Shown here: piece by piece, positions 8,022 through 15,543 of the stretch
Layout of the letters: each line of letters starts with the position of its first letter
Position numbering within the stretch: the first letter of the stretch is position 1
Source of the DNA: a virus
Taxonomy: Duplodnaviria; Caudoviricetes
IMG/VR virus record: IMGVR_UViG_3300049165_000025
Coordinates: 1-24,863 of that record
Direction: 5' to 3' (one strand)
DNA length: 24,863 bases
Notes under the pieces: generated by a model
The model's database searches: none
Told to the model about the DNA's origin: nothing
What the model saw: only the letters and a program-made list of their open reading frames with translations
Program-made: the position numbers and the translations under genes

Positions 8022-8094
8022 GGCATCTCCTTCAAGTAATAGGTCGCGACGCCCAGCCGGGGGAGGGTCTGGGCGCCGCGGGTATGTGGGCAAC

Positions 8095-8117
8095 AAAAAA
8101 GCCGCACTGTGGCGGCT
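8095..8117 (-). terminator. intrinsic terminator downstream of ssb
   Basis: AGCCGC-CACAGT-GCGGCT + TTTTT. Confidence 0.7.
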
Positions 8118-8265
8118 CAGGTTTATCGGCAGTCGCGGCATTCGGTGTGGTCGCCGTCCCGCTTGGGGTGGTGGACGTGGAACCGGATTCCGCAGCGGGT
8201 GCAGATCCGTTCGTTGTAGCGGAGGGCTGGCTGGTGCGGGCGCGACCGTGCGCGGAGGGTGAGGG

Positions 8266-8712
8266 CTAAAATGGCGGCGATTGGTCGGCCCCACTCGGCC
8301 CAGCACCCCAGCCGCCCGCGTTGGCTTGCGGCGTGGCCCACGGATCCGACTGTGCGGCGGGGGTGGAGGCGGCAGCTTGACGTGCACCCTTCGCGGGCAT
8401 GATGTCAACACCCTTCACGTTGACGTCCAGGCTGAGTCCCCGTGACCCGTCCTTGGCTTCGTACTTCCGGGACATGAAATCGCCGTAGATTGTGACGCGT
8501 GAACCCTTGGGCAGTTTGCCGTCGTAGTGCTCAGCGAGACTGCCCCAGATTGTGCATTCGAACCACTGTTCGGCGAGGGTTTCCCAGTCGCCACTATCGA
8601 GCTTGCGGGACTTTGAATCGGCCACACTGAAACTCATGAATGGGCTGCCAGATTTCGTGTACTTGAGTTCCCCATCCCGGCCAACGTTCCCGGTGAATTT
8701 GATGTCAGCCAT
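8266..8712 (-). CDS. ssb: single-stranded DNA-binding protein
   Basis: GNVGRDGELKYTKSG OB-fold, DPWAT linker, C-terminal PPF. Confidence 0.93.
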   Translation of the reverse strand: MADIKFTGNVGRDGELKYTKSGSPFMSFSVADSKSRKLDSGDWETLAEQWFECTIWGSLAEHYDGKLPKGSRVTIYGDFMSRKYEAKDGSRGLSLDVNVKGVDIMPAKGARQAAASTPAAQSDPWATPQANAGGWGAGPSGADQSPPF

Positions 8713-9005
8713 TACGCTGCCACCCCCGCAGTCAGTGCTTCGACAGCCTCGAAAACTTTTGCCGCGAACTGGTCAACGTCGGGCTGGGTCTGGAGTTGGT
8801 CTGAGTGCTGGAACATACCCTTGCGTATCCAGTGGGCATTGATGAGTAGGTGCGACTCTCGGGCGTAGGCGGATTCCTCATCAGCGAACACCAGTTCAAT
8901 GGTGAACATGATGGACGGCTCGACTTCCTTGGCCCTTGCGAACAAGGGTTCGAGGCGGGTGTATGCGTACTGGGCGAGCGCCAGGACTCTGTTGTTCGTG
9001 GTCAT
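8712..9005 (-). CDS. hypothetical protein
   Basis: ATG 9005 overlapping upstream stop (ATGA); TAATG overlap with ssb. Confidence 0.65.
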   Translation of the reverse strand: MTTNNRVLALAQYAYTRLEPLFARAKEVEPSIMFTIELVFADEESAYARESHLLINAHWIRKGMFQHSDQLQTQPDVDQFAAKVFEAVEALTAGVAA

Positions 9006-9556
9006 GTGGTGGGTTCCTTGGTCTGGGCGGTTACGTAGTCGATGATGTGTGGGGGTGCGCCTTGTTCGGTGAGCCAAGTGATGTACTCGGCGGTCTTGCC
9101 TTCGGTGACGGCCTTGGCTGTGGTGGCAACGACGTCGGCAGGGACGGTTTTGTCTACCTGCTTAGGCTCGTCAGGCAACGGTTGGACGGTGAAGTTCTTA
9201 CGCTTGCCTCGGGTTGCCGTGAGTGCCACGGTCAGCGGCTTCTCAATGTGGCTGAGATGACTTATCTCCACCCCACCAACCTTGTCCCGCCCGAAGGTGA
9301 TCTCGGGGTTCCTGAAGAGCGTCAGGCGACGGCCAGTGTAGGCGGATGCTTCGGGACCCCACGCGCTCACTAGGATCCGGCGCATGGATTTTGATGGACG
9401 GTAAGCGCGTCCGGGGAACTCCACAAGGTGAACATCCACGGGCTGCTCCGGGTTGCCCTTGGCAACCTCCCTGATGGTCACAGTCACGGGGCCGCTGATC
9501 AGATCGTCCGCATTGATTTGGTCACTCTTCGGCGCGATCGTTTCGGTTAGGTCCAT
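9002..9556 (-). CDS. conserved phage hypothetical protein in the recombinase slot
   Basis: 184 aa, MDLTETIAPKSDQINADDL...YRPSKSMRRILV..WG...VGGVEISHLS; starts 2 nt after exonuclease stop. Confidence 0.8.
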   Translation of the reverse strand: MDLTETIAPKSDQINADDLISGPVTVTIREVAKGNPEQPVDVHLVEFPGRAYRPSKSMRRILVSAWGPEASAYTGRRLTLFRNPEITFGRDKVGGVEISHLSHIEKPLTVALTATRGKRKNFTVQPLPDEPKQVDKTVPADVVATTAKAVTEGKTAEYITWLTEQGAPPHIIDYVTAQTKEPTT

Positions 9557-9558
9557 GG

Positions 9559-10386
9559 CTAAAGCTCCACTTCGATGTCACTGGATATGCCGAGTAGTTC
9601 CTCGGATTGGTAGATGGCCCACATGGGCAGGCCGACGAGTTCGGTGGCGGGGTAGCCGGGCCAGGTGTTTGACTCAACGCACTCCCGGTAGATCCTCTTT
9701 GCCCGGTCGTTGAGCATCCGTCCGATGTTGATGGCTTCGACGTCTAGCTCAACCACGGACACAAGGTAGGGCTCCGTCTTTTCGACCAGCACAAAATGGA
9801 ACGGCAATTCTTCGCCCGTCGCAGCCTTTACGCCGTCGATGTAGTGGGCGGCTGACTGGTGGTATCCGTATTCGTGTGCCGTCTTGCCGAACTCGTTAGG
9901 GTCAGCGCTGCGGGAAGTCTTGAGATCCACGAGTGCTCCGGGCTTCCATGCGTCCGGGCGGCACTTGTACATCTGCCCTTCTTCTTCCCAGAACACGGAC
10001 TGTTCCGCCTTGTGGTCAGTGAGCGCAGCGCGGGCCAGTGGGTGCGCCATAACGGCATCGTTCATGGCGAGGATCTGCGCCATTTCCTTCCTGAGTAGCG
10101 GCTGCCTACCGTCCGCGAGTACCGCAGCCTTGGCTTCCTTGGCTGCCTTTGTGAGCCAGTTGTCAGTCTCGACAATGACGATCCCGGACGTGTCACCTTC
10201 GAGGATCAGTGAGTGTGCCGCCGTGCCCAACGTGAACGCGTCCGAGAACTTCGGGTGCGTCAGGTCGTACTGGTAGTGCGCTGGAGTGCGTATGGCGAGC
10301 GTCTTGAGGCTGGTTGACCCGAGTGCCGGATCAGCGTGGTAGTCGGCGCTGCTGACTCCGGGGTAGATGCCTGGTGTGTAGCTCAT
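9559..10386 (-). CDS. RecE/exonuclease VIII-like PD-(D/E)XK nuclease
   Basis: YHAD..LGSTSLK, GTAAHSLILE, EQSVFW, KCRPD, LVDLKT, YGYHQSAAHY, FVLVEK; ATG 10386. Confidence 0.88.
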   Translation of the reverse strand: MSYTPGIYPGVSSADYHADPALGSTSLKTLAIRTPAHYQYDLTHPKFSDAFTLGTAAHSLILEGDTSGIVIVETDNWLTKAAKEAKAAVLADGRQPLLRKEMAQILAMNDAVMAHPLARAALTDHKAEQSVFWEEEGQMYKCRPDAWKPGALVDLKTSRSADPNEFGKTAHEYGYHQSAAHYIDGVKAATGEELPFHFVLVEKTEPYLVSVVELDVEAINIGRMLNDRAKRIYRECVESNTWPGYPATELVGLPMWAIYQSEELLGISSDIEVEL

Positions 10387-10523
10387 GCCGGATACCCCTT
10401 TCCAGTGGTGCGGTCGTAGGTGGTGCCGCATTTGCATCGGTTCCATGTGCAGGTCGTGCTGGGGCAGTGCGGGTTGGCGTTGAGTGCGCCACCGGGTTTC
10501 TTGCAGGTCGGGCAGGTTTTCAT
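10383..10523 (-). CDS. small Cys-rich protein (46 aa, not in ORF track)
   Basis: MKTCPTCKKPGG...HCPSTTCTWNRCKCG...; GGGGAG RBS; ATGA overlap with exonuclease. Confidence 0.65.
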   Translation of the reverse strand: MKTCPTCKKPGGALNANPHCPSTTCTWNRCKCGTTYDRTTGKGYPA

Positions 10524-10537
10524 TGGTGTCTCCCCAT

Positions 10538-10560
10538 AAAAAATGGACCCTCTCAGGTCC
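10538..10560 (-). terminator. short intrinsic terminator
   Basis: GGACC-TGAGAG-GGTCC-ATTTTTT. Confidence 0.55.
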
Positions 10561-10679
10561 GTGTGGTTTGGGTGCCGTGTTGTTCGCAGTCTGGGCTTAC
10601 AGGTCTCGGTTGTCGCGGGTCATACCTGCTCGCTGGACACTCGCATCCGGGTGTCCGGTTCGCGCCCCTCGACCAGTTC

Positions 10680-10901
10680 TCAGCGGCGGCGTCGTGGTCC
10701 ACTGCCCACCGCCGCAGTAACAGCATCGGTGACGGGCTGCACTCTGGCTATCCAGGCGGTGCGGGTCTCGGCATCCAGGAGGAACCATGTTGACGGGTCG
10801 GTGTTGGGGTGTTCGGTGAGCCAGAACGCCTGACCACCAGCCTCGGACGGGGACATTGGTCTCGGTGGGGTCTCGAAGTCGTTCAGGGGGTTGTAGAGCA
10901 T
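10680..10901 (-). CDS. hypothetical protein
   Basis: 73 aa; TAATG overlap with upstream gene. Confidence 0.6.
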   Translation of the reverse strand: MLYNPLNDFETPPRPMSPSEAGGQAFWLTEHPNTDPSTWFLLDAETRTAWIARVQPVTDAVTAAVGSGPRRRR

Positions 10902-11215
10902 TACGAGGCCTCGATAGCCGCAGCACGGTCAACAGTGGAGTACTCATTCAGGAGTAGTCGGTATTCCGTGTCGTAGAACAATCCGATTTCGCGGGCATGT
11001 TCCGCCGCCAGATTCCACCCTTCCCTCAGCGCCTTGGCTTGTGCTTCCTTGACCAGCCCAAACCCCGCAGCCGTGAGGGCGTCGGCTTGGTGGGCTGGGA
11101 ACTCGTGCGCCTTCATCCAGTTGGTGCGGTCACACCGGCAAAGCACGTACTCGAACCCGTAGCCGCTGACGCCGCTGGGTGCGTGGGCCTCCAGTTCCTC
11201 GGCCATGGTCTTCAC
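10901..11215 (-). CDS. hypothetical protein
   Basis: GTG 11215 overlapping upstream stop, AAGGAG RBS; CRCD...HQADAL motif. Confidence 0.65.
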   Translation of the reverse strand: MKTMAEELEAHAPSGVSGYGFEYVLCRCDRTNWMKAHEFPAHQADALTAAGFGLVKEAQAKALREGWNLAAEHAREIGLFYDTEYRLLLNEYSTVDRAAAIEAS

Positions 11216-11544
11216 TGGGACTCCTTCGTATCGATGGACTTCCGCCATTGAGTTACCTGCTCGTATGTCTTGCCATTGACCGTGAGTGTCCCGCGCATTG
11301 CCTCGGCCCAAGCACACGCCTCGTCATAGGTGAACCTGTACTGGCGTCGCCGGAATGGTTCAGGCGCCCAGTGCGACCAGTTGCCTGCACGGGAAAGCTG
11401 CGGGCCGTCAGTGCCTGGGTATTGCTGCACGGCGTATTTGCCTTTGCCTTTCCAGATAACCCAGATCGAAAACAGGCGAGCGTCACTGTAGAAGTCATCG
11501 TCCGGGTCTAGGCCTTCAGGTGGGAACATCTGCTGAACGATCAT
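11212..11544 (-). CDS. hypothetical protein
   Basis: 110 aa; GGAGG RBS; 4-nt overlaps on both sides. Confidence 0.7.
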   Translation of the reverse strand: MIVQQMFPPEGLDPDDDFYSDARLFSIWVIWKGKGKYAVQQYPGTDGPQLSRAGNWSHWAPEPFRRRQYRFTYDEACAWAEAMRGTLTVNGKTYEQVTQWRKSIDTKESQ

Positions 11545-11696
11545 TCTGGTTCCTCCACGCTCTCCCGGATCGCCGCGAAAGTATCAGGGTCCCGTTGCTG
11601 CAGTGTCCGCAACTTCGCGATCAGGTTCTCCTGGCCACGGGTGAGCTCGAACGTCTCCACGGAATGGTTCGCGGACAGTTCTGCCGGGGGGATCAT
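11541..11696 (-). CDS. hypothetical protein (51 aa, not in ORF track)
   Basis: MIPPAELSANHSVETFELTRG...; ATGA overlaps on both sides. Confidence 0.6.
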   Translation of the reverse strand: MIPPAELSANHSVETFELTRGQENLIAKLRTLQQRDPDTFAAIRESVEEPE

Positions 11697-11995
11697 GGCT
11701 GGGGCTCGTGGAGGACGGTTGCGGGGAGGGCCAGTGTTGCCACAGGGACAGATGCTTCGTAGCCGAAGAAGTACGCCCTGCCGTTCACGAGATTGGCGAT
11801 TGACCCACCGTCGGTGCGGACGACCATCATCTGCGCGTCTTGGAGTTCCGCAACGGTGGTGATGGTGCGGGGCTTGCGGTAACCCTTTTCCTCAAGTTCG
11901 ACTGCGATCATCTCCGCGTTCGCCGCGCTCAGTGGATGTGCCCAGTGGTCCGTGGCGGAGCTGATGTCTGCCGTGAGTCTGTCTCTCGCGTTCAC
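11693..11995 (-). CDS. hypothetical protein
   Basis: GTG 11995; GYRKPRTITTVAEL...LPATVLHEP pattern common in actinophage small proteins. Confidence 0.7.
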   Translation of the reverse strand: MNARDRLTADISSATDHWAHPLSAANAEMIAVELEEKGYRKPRTITTVAELQDAQMMVVRTDGGSIANLVNGRAYFFGYEASVPVATLALPATVLHEPQP

Positions 11996-12351
11996 GCCGC
12001 CATCCCCTTCGCCTTGGCGTAGGCCTCGCGCATGTCCACTTTCGCGAGGGTTGAGAACTGTTCCCACGCCTCGATGCTGTGCCCGTGGAACGCCGCGATG
12101 TGCCGGTCTGAGTGTTGTGCTGCCCAGATGCGCCGGTCAGCCACCCTGAGCCAGAAGGACTGCAGGTAGGGTGAGTGGTCGTAGTTCAGCATGTCGAGGC
12201 GGGACCACTGCACACTCTCGCCGTACAGGTTGTAGGCCACAGCTTCACGACCGTTCAGGATGGGGCCGGAGTTGTGGCGACGCTGGGGGAGCAGGCACGC
12301 CAGGAATCGGCGCAACGTCCACGGTAAAGCGTGGGAACGGGTGGTGGTCAT
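11992..12351 (-). CDS. hypothetical protein
   Basis: 119 aa, in the coupled gene chain. Confidence 0.65.
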   Translation of the reverse strand: MTTTRSHALPWTLRRFLACLLPQRRHNSGPILNGREAVAYNLYGESVQWSRLDMLNYDHSPYLQSFWLRVADRRIWAAQHSDRHIAAFHGHSIEAWEQFSTLAKVDMREAYAKAKGMAA

Positions 12352-12353
12352 GA

Positions 12354-12530
12354 TCAGTGGTCTTCTCTCTGGTCTTCGAGGTAACGGTCATATAGTTCGT
12401 CGGCGCGGTCATCTTCGTCGTGGCGGTCGCATAGGTCGCCTTCGTTCTCGACCTCTTCGGTGCAATATTCGGCGGGTTCGTCGCGGGTCTGCCGGTAGGT
12501 TTGCGCGGGGCAATAGATGGGGTCACTCAT
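12354..12530 (-). CDS. small acidic Cys/His protein (58 aa, not in ORF track)
   Basis: MSDPIYCPAQ...YCTEEVENEGDLCDRHDEDD...; AAGGA RBS; ATGA overlap. Confidence 0.65.
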   Translation of the reverse strand: MSDPIYCPAQTYRQTRDEPAEYCTEEVENEGDLCDRHDEDDRADELYDRYLEDQREDH

Positions 12531-12721
12531 CGGTCGTCCTTGGTGGTGTTGTAGCTAGGGAGAGCGACGGACATGTAAGGGTGGATTGGCCTGTTCGCCC
12601 ATCGGTCGGCAATGTCATAGGTGCGCGTTGTAAACCCGCAGCGACACTCCCACCGATACCAAGACACTCGATGCAGCCACCAGAACGGGCGACGTCGGAA
12701 GGTGTGTGCGTGGCTACTCAT
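12527..12721 (-). CDS. hypothetical protein
   Basis: 64 aa, HAHTF...WECRCG; ATGA overlaps on both sides. Confidence 0.6.
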   Translation of the reverse strand: MSSHAHTFRRRPFWWLHRVSWYRWECRCGFTTRTYDIADRWANRPIHPYMSVALPSYNTTKDDR

Positions 12722-12813
12722 TCCCCGTCACGCTCCTCGGCACGGTCAAGGCGGCGGGCACGGAGGACGCCGACGAAAGCGAACGCGGTCAGGGCTACGA
12801 CTAAGGCGGTCAT
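12718..12813 (-). CDS. small membrane peptide (31 aa, not in ORF track)
   Basis: MTALVVALTAFAFVGVLRARRLDRAEERDGE; ATGA overlaps on both sides. Confidence 0.6.
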   Translation of the reverse strand: MTALVVALTAFAFVGVLRARRLDRAEERDGE

Positions 12814-13046
12814 TCGGTTGCCTCAGGTAGAGCTTCAGGGGGATAGACCTCCGTGGTGGTGACGACTCGTTGACGCCCGAACACGGGGCGCAGGGACTCG
12901 GGCACGTTCCTCAGTTCGTAGCGCTTATCCTCAAACTCTTTGCGCGCCGTCCTTTCACTGGACCAACCCCCCTTATTGAAGGTCCCATCTGGCCAGAGCC
13001 GACCGTATTCGTAGTGCTCCTGCGTGGCAGTCTGCTTCTCGCTCAT
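12810..13046 (-). CDS. hypothetical protein
   Basis: 78 aa; AAGGAG RBS; coupled on both sides. Confidence 0.7.
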   Translation of the reverse strand: MSEKQTATQEHYEYGRLWPDGTFNKGGWSSERTARKEFEDKRYELRNVPESLRPVFGRQRVVTTTEVYPPEALPEATE

Positions 13047-13318
13047 GACTGGGCTCCTTCTTGCTTACGGCGCCAGACCCGAATGACTCCGTGATGGCGG
13101 GATGGGGTGTTGCTGGTGGTGTAGCCGGACGCCTCGATGAAACCCTGGGAGCGGGCGGCTGAGAACGCTGCGCCGACGTGATTGGGGTGAGGTGGCCGAC
13201 GCATCTCCCGCGTCAGGTCTTGAGCAGTGACAACCTCCTGTGAATGGGAGAGCGCGATGATCGTCGCCACTGCATCCTCAGACCATGTGGTGTCCTCAAG
13301 CGCCATTGCCTGCGTCAT
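13043..13318 (-). CDS. hypothetical protein, possible winged helix
   Basis: TAQDL...PPHPNHVGAAF..A...GFIE...S...HHG..RVW; ATG 13318. Confidence 0.7.
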   Translation of the reverse strand: MTQAMALEDTTWSEDAVATIIALSHSQEVVTAQDLTREMRRPPHPNHVGAAFSAARSQGFIEASGYTTSNTPSRHHGVIRVWRRKQEGAQS

Positions 13319-13488
13319 GCGCACATCACCGCCAGTTCGCGGCTCTGGGTGTGAGCGTCCGCGTCGGCGTCATGGATCGTCTGGTTGTGCTCCATGGCGG
13401 TCTCGGTGAACAAGCGAACCGAAGCGTCGGCTATGTCAGTGAGGCTCTGGCTGATCATGCCGCTTTCGTGAACTGCCCAGTCGCTCAT
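13315..13488 (-). CDS. hypothetical protein (57 aa)
   Basis: ATG 13488 with GAAGGA RBS and ATGA overlaps. Confidence 0.6.
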   Translation of the reverse strand: MSDWAVHESGMISQSLTDIADASVRLFTETAMEHNQTIHDADADAHTQSRELAVMCA

Positions 13489-13634
13489 GCCGCGTCCTTC
13501 CCGGTGATGGCCGCCAGTAGTTCCGCTGGCAGGTTCCGTAGCTTGGCGATCAGGACCACATCGCACGCCGGGAGCCCGAACGTATCCGTAGACGGGGTAA
13601 GGGATAGTGCTAAGTCGGCTGCTCGGGCGTTCAT
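13485..13634 (-). CDS. hypothetical protein (49 aa, not in ORF track)
   Basis: MNARAADLALSLTPSTDTFG...KDAA; AAGGAG RBS; ATGA overlaps. Confidence 0.6.
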   Translation of the reverse strand: MNARAADLALSLTPSTDTFGLPACDVVLIAKLRNLPAELLAAITGKDAA

Positions 13635-13891
13635 GCTGCGTGCTCCTTCATAACTTCGCGGATGGCCTTATTTGCTGTCGGGTCCGAATGGCCTAGAACC
13701 TCGTACAGTCCGAGCGGATCAAGGGCCATCAGGTAGGGGAGGTTGCGGCTGAACCAGCGTTCTTCCTTGTGGGGGAATAGTGAATGCAGGTGCTCCACGG
13801 CTTCCTTTTTGGACTTGCCTTCAAGTGCTTCCTGCAGCAGGACGTAATCCCGTCCGTCTATCGCTTCCTGGAAAACGGCATAGTCATCCAT
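13631..13891 (-). CDS. hypothetical protein
   Basis: 86 aa; GGAGG RBS; C-terminal HSDPTANKAI. Confidence 0.7.
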   Translation of the reverse strand: MDDYAVFQEAIDGRDYVLLQEALEGKSKKEAVEHLHSLFPHKEERWFSRNLPYLMALDPLGLYEVLGHSDPTANKAIREVMKEHAA

Positions 13892-13961
13892 GGGAAGCCT
13901 CCGATCGTGGACCAGTAGGGGTAATGCGGGGTGAGTGTGCCCGAGTGGGGGGGGGTGCCGG

Positions 13962-14471
13962 CTAAGCGGCGAAGTCTTCGGCCCATTCGGGGTCGAGGCG
14001 GCTCTTGGTGCGAAGGTGCTGCTGGTAGATCTTTGCGATATTGAGTGGCTCGGCAGTGAGGTCGTTCGCTTCGGCTAACTGCTTGTAGTGGCTCTCATGG
14101 AGGGCAACCTCGGCTAGGCACTGTTGGATCTGGATGTCTGCCACGTGGTCAATTAGTTCCTCGTTCATCAGGAACCATTCGCCTTCATCCCTGATGCTCG
14201 CGAACTCGCGGTGGAGTTCACGCTCCCTGGAGACATTGCCGGGAAGGTAGGCGATCAGCCGCGGGTTGCCTACCCATATCGACGGGCGCTTAGCCTTGCC
14301 GCCGCGCTCAAGCTGGTTGCAGCGGGATTCGGGGTTGATGCTGGTCCCGATCTTGATGAACGCGCCGCACTGGATGTAGTAGATGAAAGGGCCAAGTTCC
14401 GGGAAGGTGGAGAGTTCGCGGGGTCCGTTCATTAGCATCTGTGCGGCTGTGAGTTCAGCGAATCCGTCCAT
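13962..14471 (-). CDS. GIY-YIG-like (T5orf172/MUG113-type) domain protein
   Basis: FIYYIQ...IKIGTS.NP..R...L...ERELHREF...GEWF. Confidence 0.8.
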   Translation of the reverse strand: MDGFAELTAAQMLMNGPRELSTFPELGPFIYYIQCGAFIKIGTSINPESRCNQLERGGKAKRPSIWVGNPRLIAYLPGNVSRERELHREFASIRDEGEWFLMNEELIDHVADIQIQQCLAEVALHESHYKQLAEANDLTAEPLNIAKIYQQHLRTKSRLDPEWAEDFAA

Positions 14472-14473
14472 AA

Positions 14474-14659
14474 CTATCGCCTCGGCGCTTCGGTGGGGAG
14501 GGCTTCAAGCCACTCCTGTAATTCGGTAGCCAAGATCACCGGCTTTGAGTTCGCGTACCGGGCTGTCATGTCGCTGTTGCGGAGAGCCCTGCGGATGGTG
14601 TCTGTGCTGTAGCCGGACGCTTCGGCGGCTTCCTCGATGGAGTACGCGACCTTAGACAT
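14474..14659 (-). CDS. excisionase-like HTH protein
   Basis: AYSIEEAAEASGYSTDTIRRAL; directly after cro. Confidence 0.8.
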   Translation of the reverse strand: MSKVAYSIEEAAEASGYSTDTIRRALRNSDMTARYANSKPVILATELQEWLEALPTEAPRR

Positions 14660-14913
14660 TAGGCTGCGCTCGCTGTGACAGTATCCGGGAGAAGCGCGGA
14701 GGGCAGGACGTCGATGGCTGCTGCGATCTTGCGGAACTCAACTACCGTGAGGCTGCGGTTGCCCTTGAGGCTGGCGAGCAATGGCTTGTAGCTGATACCT
14801 GTCTCTGTGGACAGATCCCTAGCGTTGACGTTCTTGTAGATGAGAGCATTGCTGATTCGTGCCGCGATTTCTGCATCTGTGGCGGTGGCGGTTCCGCTCC
14901 GTGGAGTGCTCAT
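14659..14913 (-). CDS. Cro-like XRE HTH protein
   Basis: NARDLSTETGISYKPLLASLKGNRSLTV.E..KIA.A; divergent from repressor. Confidence 0.8.
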   Translation of the reverse strand: MSTPRSGTATATDAEIAARISNALIYKNVNARDLSTETGISYKPLLASLKGNRSLTVVEFRKIAAAIDVLPSALLPDTVTASAA

Positions 14914-14919
14914 AGCTAG

Positions 14920-14948
14920 ACTCTAATTACCTGATTTGGCAATTGCAA
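14920..14948 (-). promoter_or_regulatory. leaderless early lytic promoter
   Basis: TTGCAA-17nt-TAGAGT-6nt-ATG; no RBS. Confidence 0.75.
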
Positions 14949-15043
14949 GTACAAATCAAGTAATTCTCAGGATTGTGAGAGGAAACCTGCGTACTTCCTG
15001 CGGCAATCCAAGTGCCAGTACGTGTTGTTAATTACCCGATTTG
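14925..15043. promoter_or_regulatory. operator-like repeats AATTACYYGATTTG
   Basis: Copies at 14925-14938 (+), 14952-14965 (inverted) and 15030-15043 (+), overlapping or flanking both promoters. Confidence 0.7.
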
Positions 15044-15054
15044 GGCAGTAGCGT
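15025..15054 (+). promoter_or_regulatory. leaderless repressor promoter
   Basis: TTGTTA-18nt-TAGCGT-7nt-ATG 15062. Confidence 0.6.
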
Positions 15055-15061
15055 TGAATAC

Positions 15062-15310
15062 ATGGGCACTTACGGTGAGAAACTGGAACTGGCGCTAGCC
15101 AAACAGATACGCATAGAGCTAGCCGAGCGTGATCTTGAGCAGAAGGATCTTGCGGACGCCCTGGGTATCGGGCGGTCATCATTGAACCGCTATATGCAGA
15201 ACCATCAGAGCTTTCCGATGCCAGTCTTCTTCCGCGTCGCGGAGGTCTTTGGGCTATCCCCTAGGGTGCTAATGGAGAGGGCTGAGGCTCGGATTCAGCC
15301 AGAAGACTAG
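15062..15310 (+). CDS. immunity repressor (XRE HTH, 82 aa)
   Basis: EQKDLADALGIGRSSLNRYM...FRVAEVFG; divergent from cro. Confidence 0.8.
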   Translation: MGTYGEKLELALAKQIRIELAERDLEQKDLADALGIGRSSLNRYMQNHQSFPMPVFFRVAEVFGLSPRVLMERAEARIQPED

Positions 15311-15327
15311 ATGCGCTCACTCCACGA

Positions 15328-15543
15328 TCAGCGGCGACATTGCCGAACTCGCGGACTGTTATGGCTTGGATGTCGATCGCTTCTTCGCGTTGCATTTTCA
15401 GTAACCCCCACGGTGTCGAACCATTCTTTGAGACCTGCGTCCGGGTGGCTTCCGAAAAACCGGTCAACCACCTTTCCTGCCCTCGACGATAGTCTCATAT
15501 GGGTCCAAGAGCCATAGCCACGCCAGCGAGTTCGGAAGTACAC
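15328..15543 (-). CDS. possible hypothetical protein
   Basis: Fits the gap between the two HTH genes without overlap, divergent from the second; no recognised motif and an alternative frame (15261..15467) exists. Confidence 0.3.
   Translation of the reverse strand: MYFRTRWRGYGSWTHMRLSSRAGKVVDRFFGSHPDAGLKEWFDTVGVTENATRRSDRHPSHNSPRVRQCRR

Noticed and set aside
7083-8411. 442-aa version of the methyltransferase
   Set aside because: Extension overlaps ssb and crosses a terminator; GTG 8021 has a good RBS
10590-10630. Cobalamin or SAM riboswitch, or hammerhead
   Set aside because: Only fragmentary similarity (CCCGCGAC, GAGACCTG); core motifs absent
12245-12526. 93-aa ORF from the track
   Set aside because: Overlaps the next gene by over 100 nt; the 58-aa frame 12354..12530 fits the overlap chain
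13947-13955. G9 tract as phase-variation switch
   Set aside because: Intergenic, not within a recognisable promoter spacer
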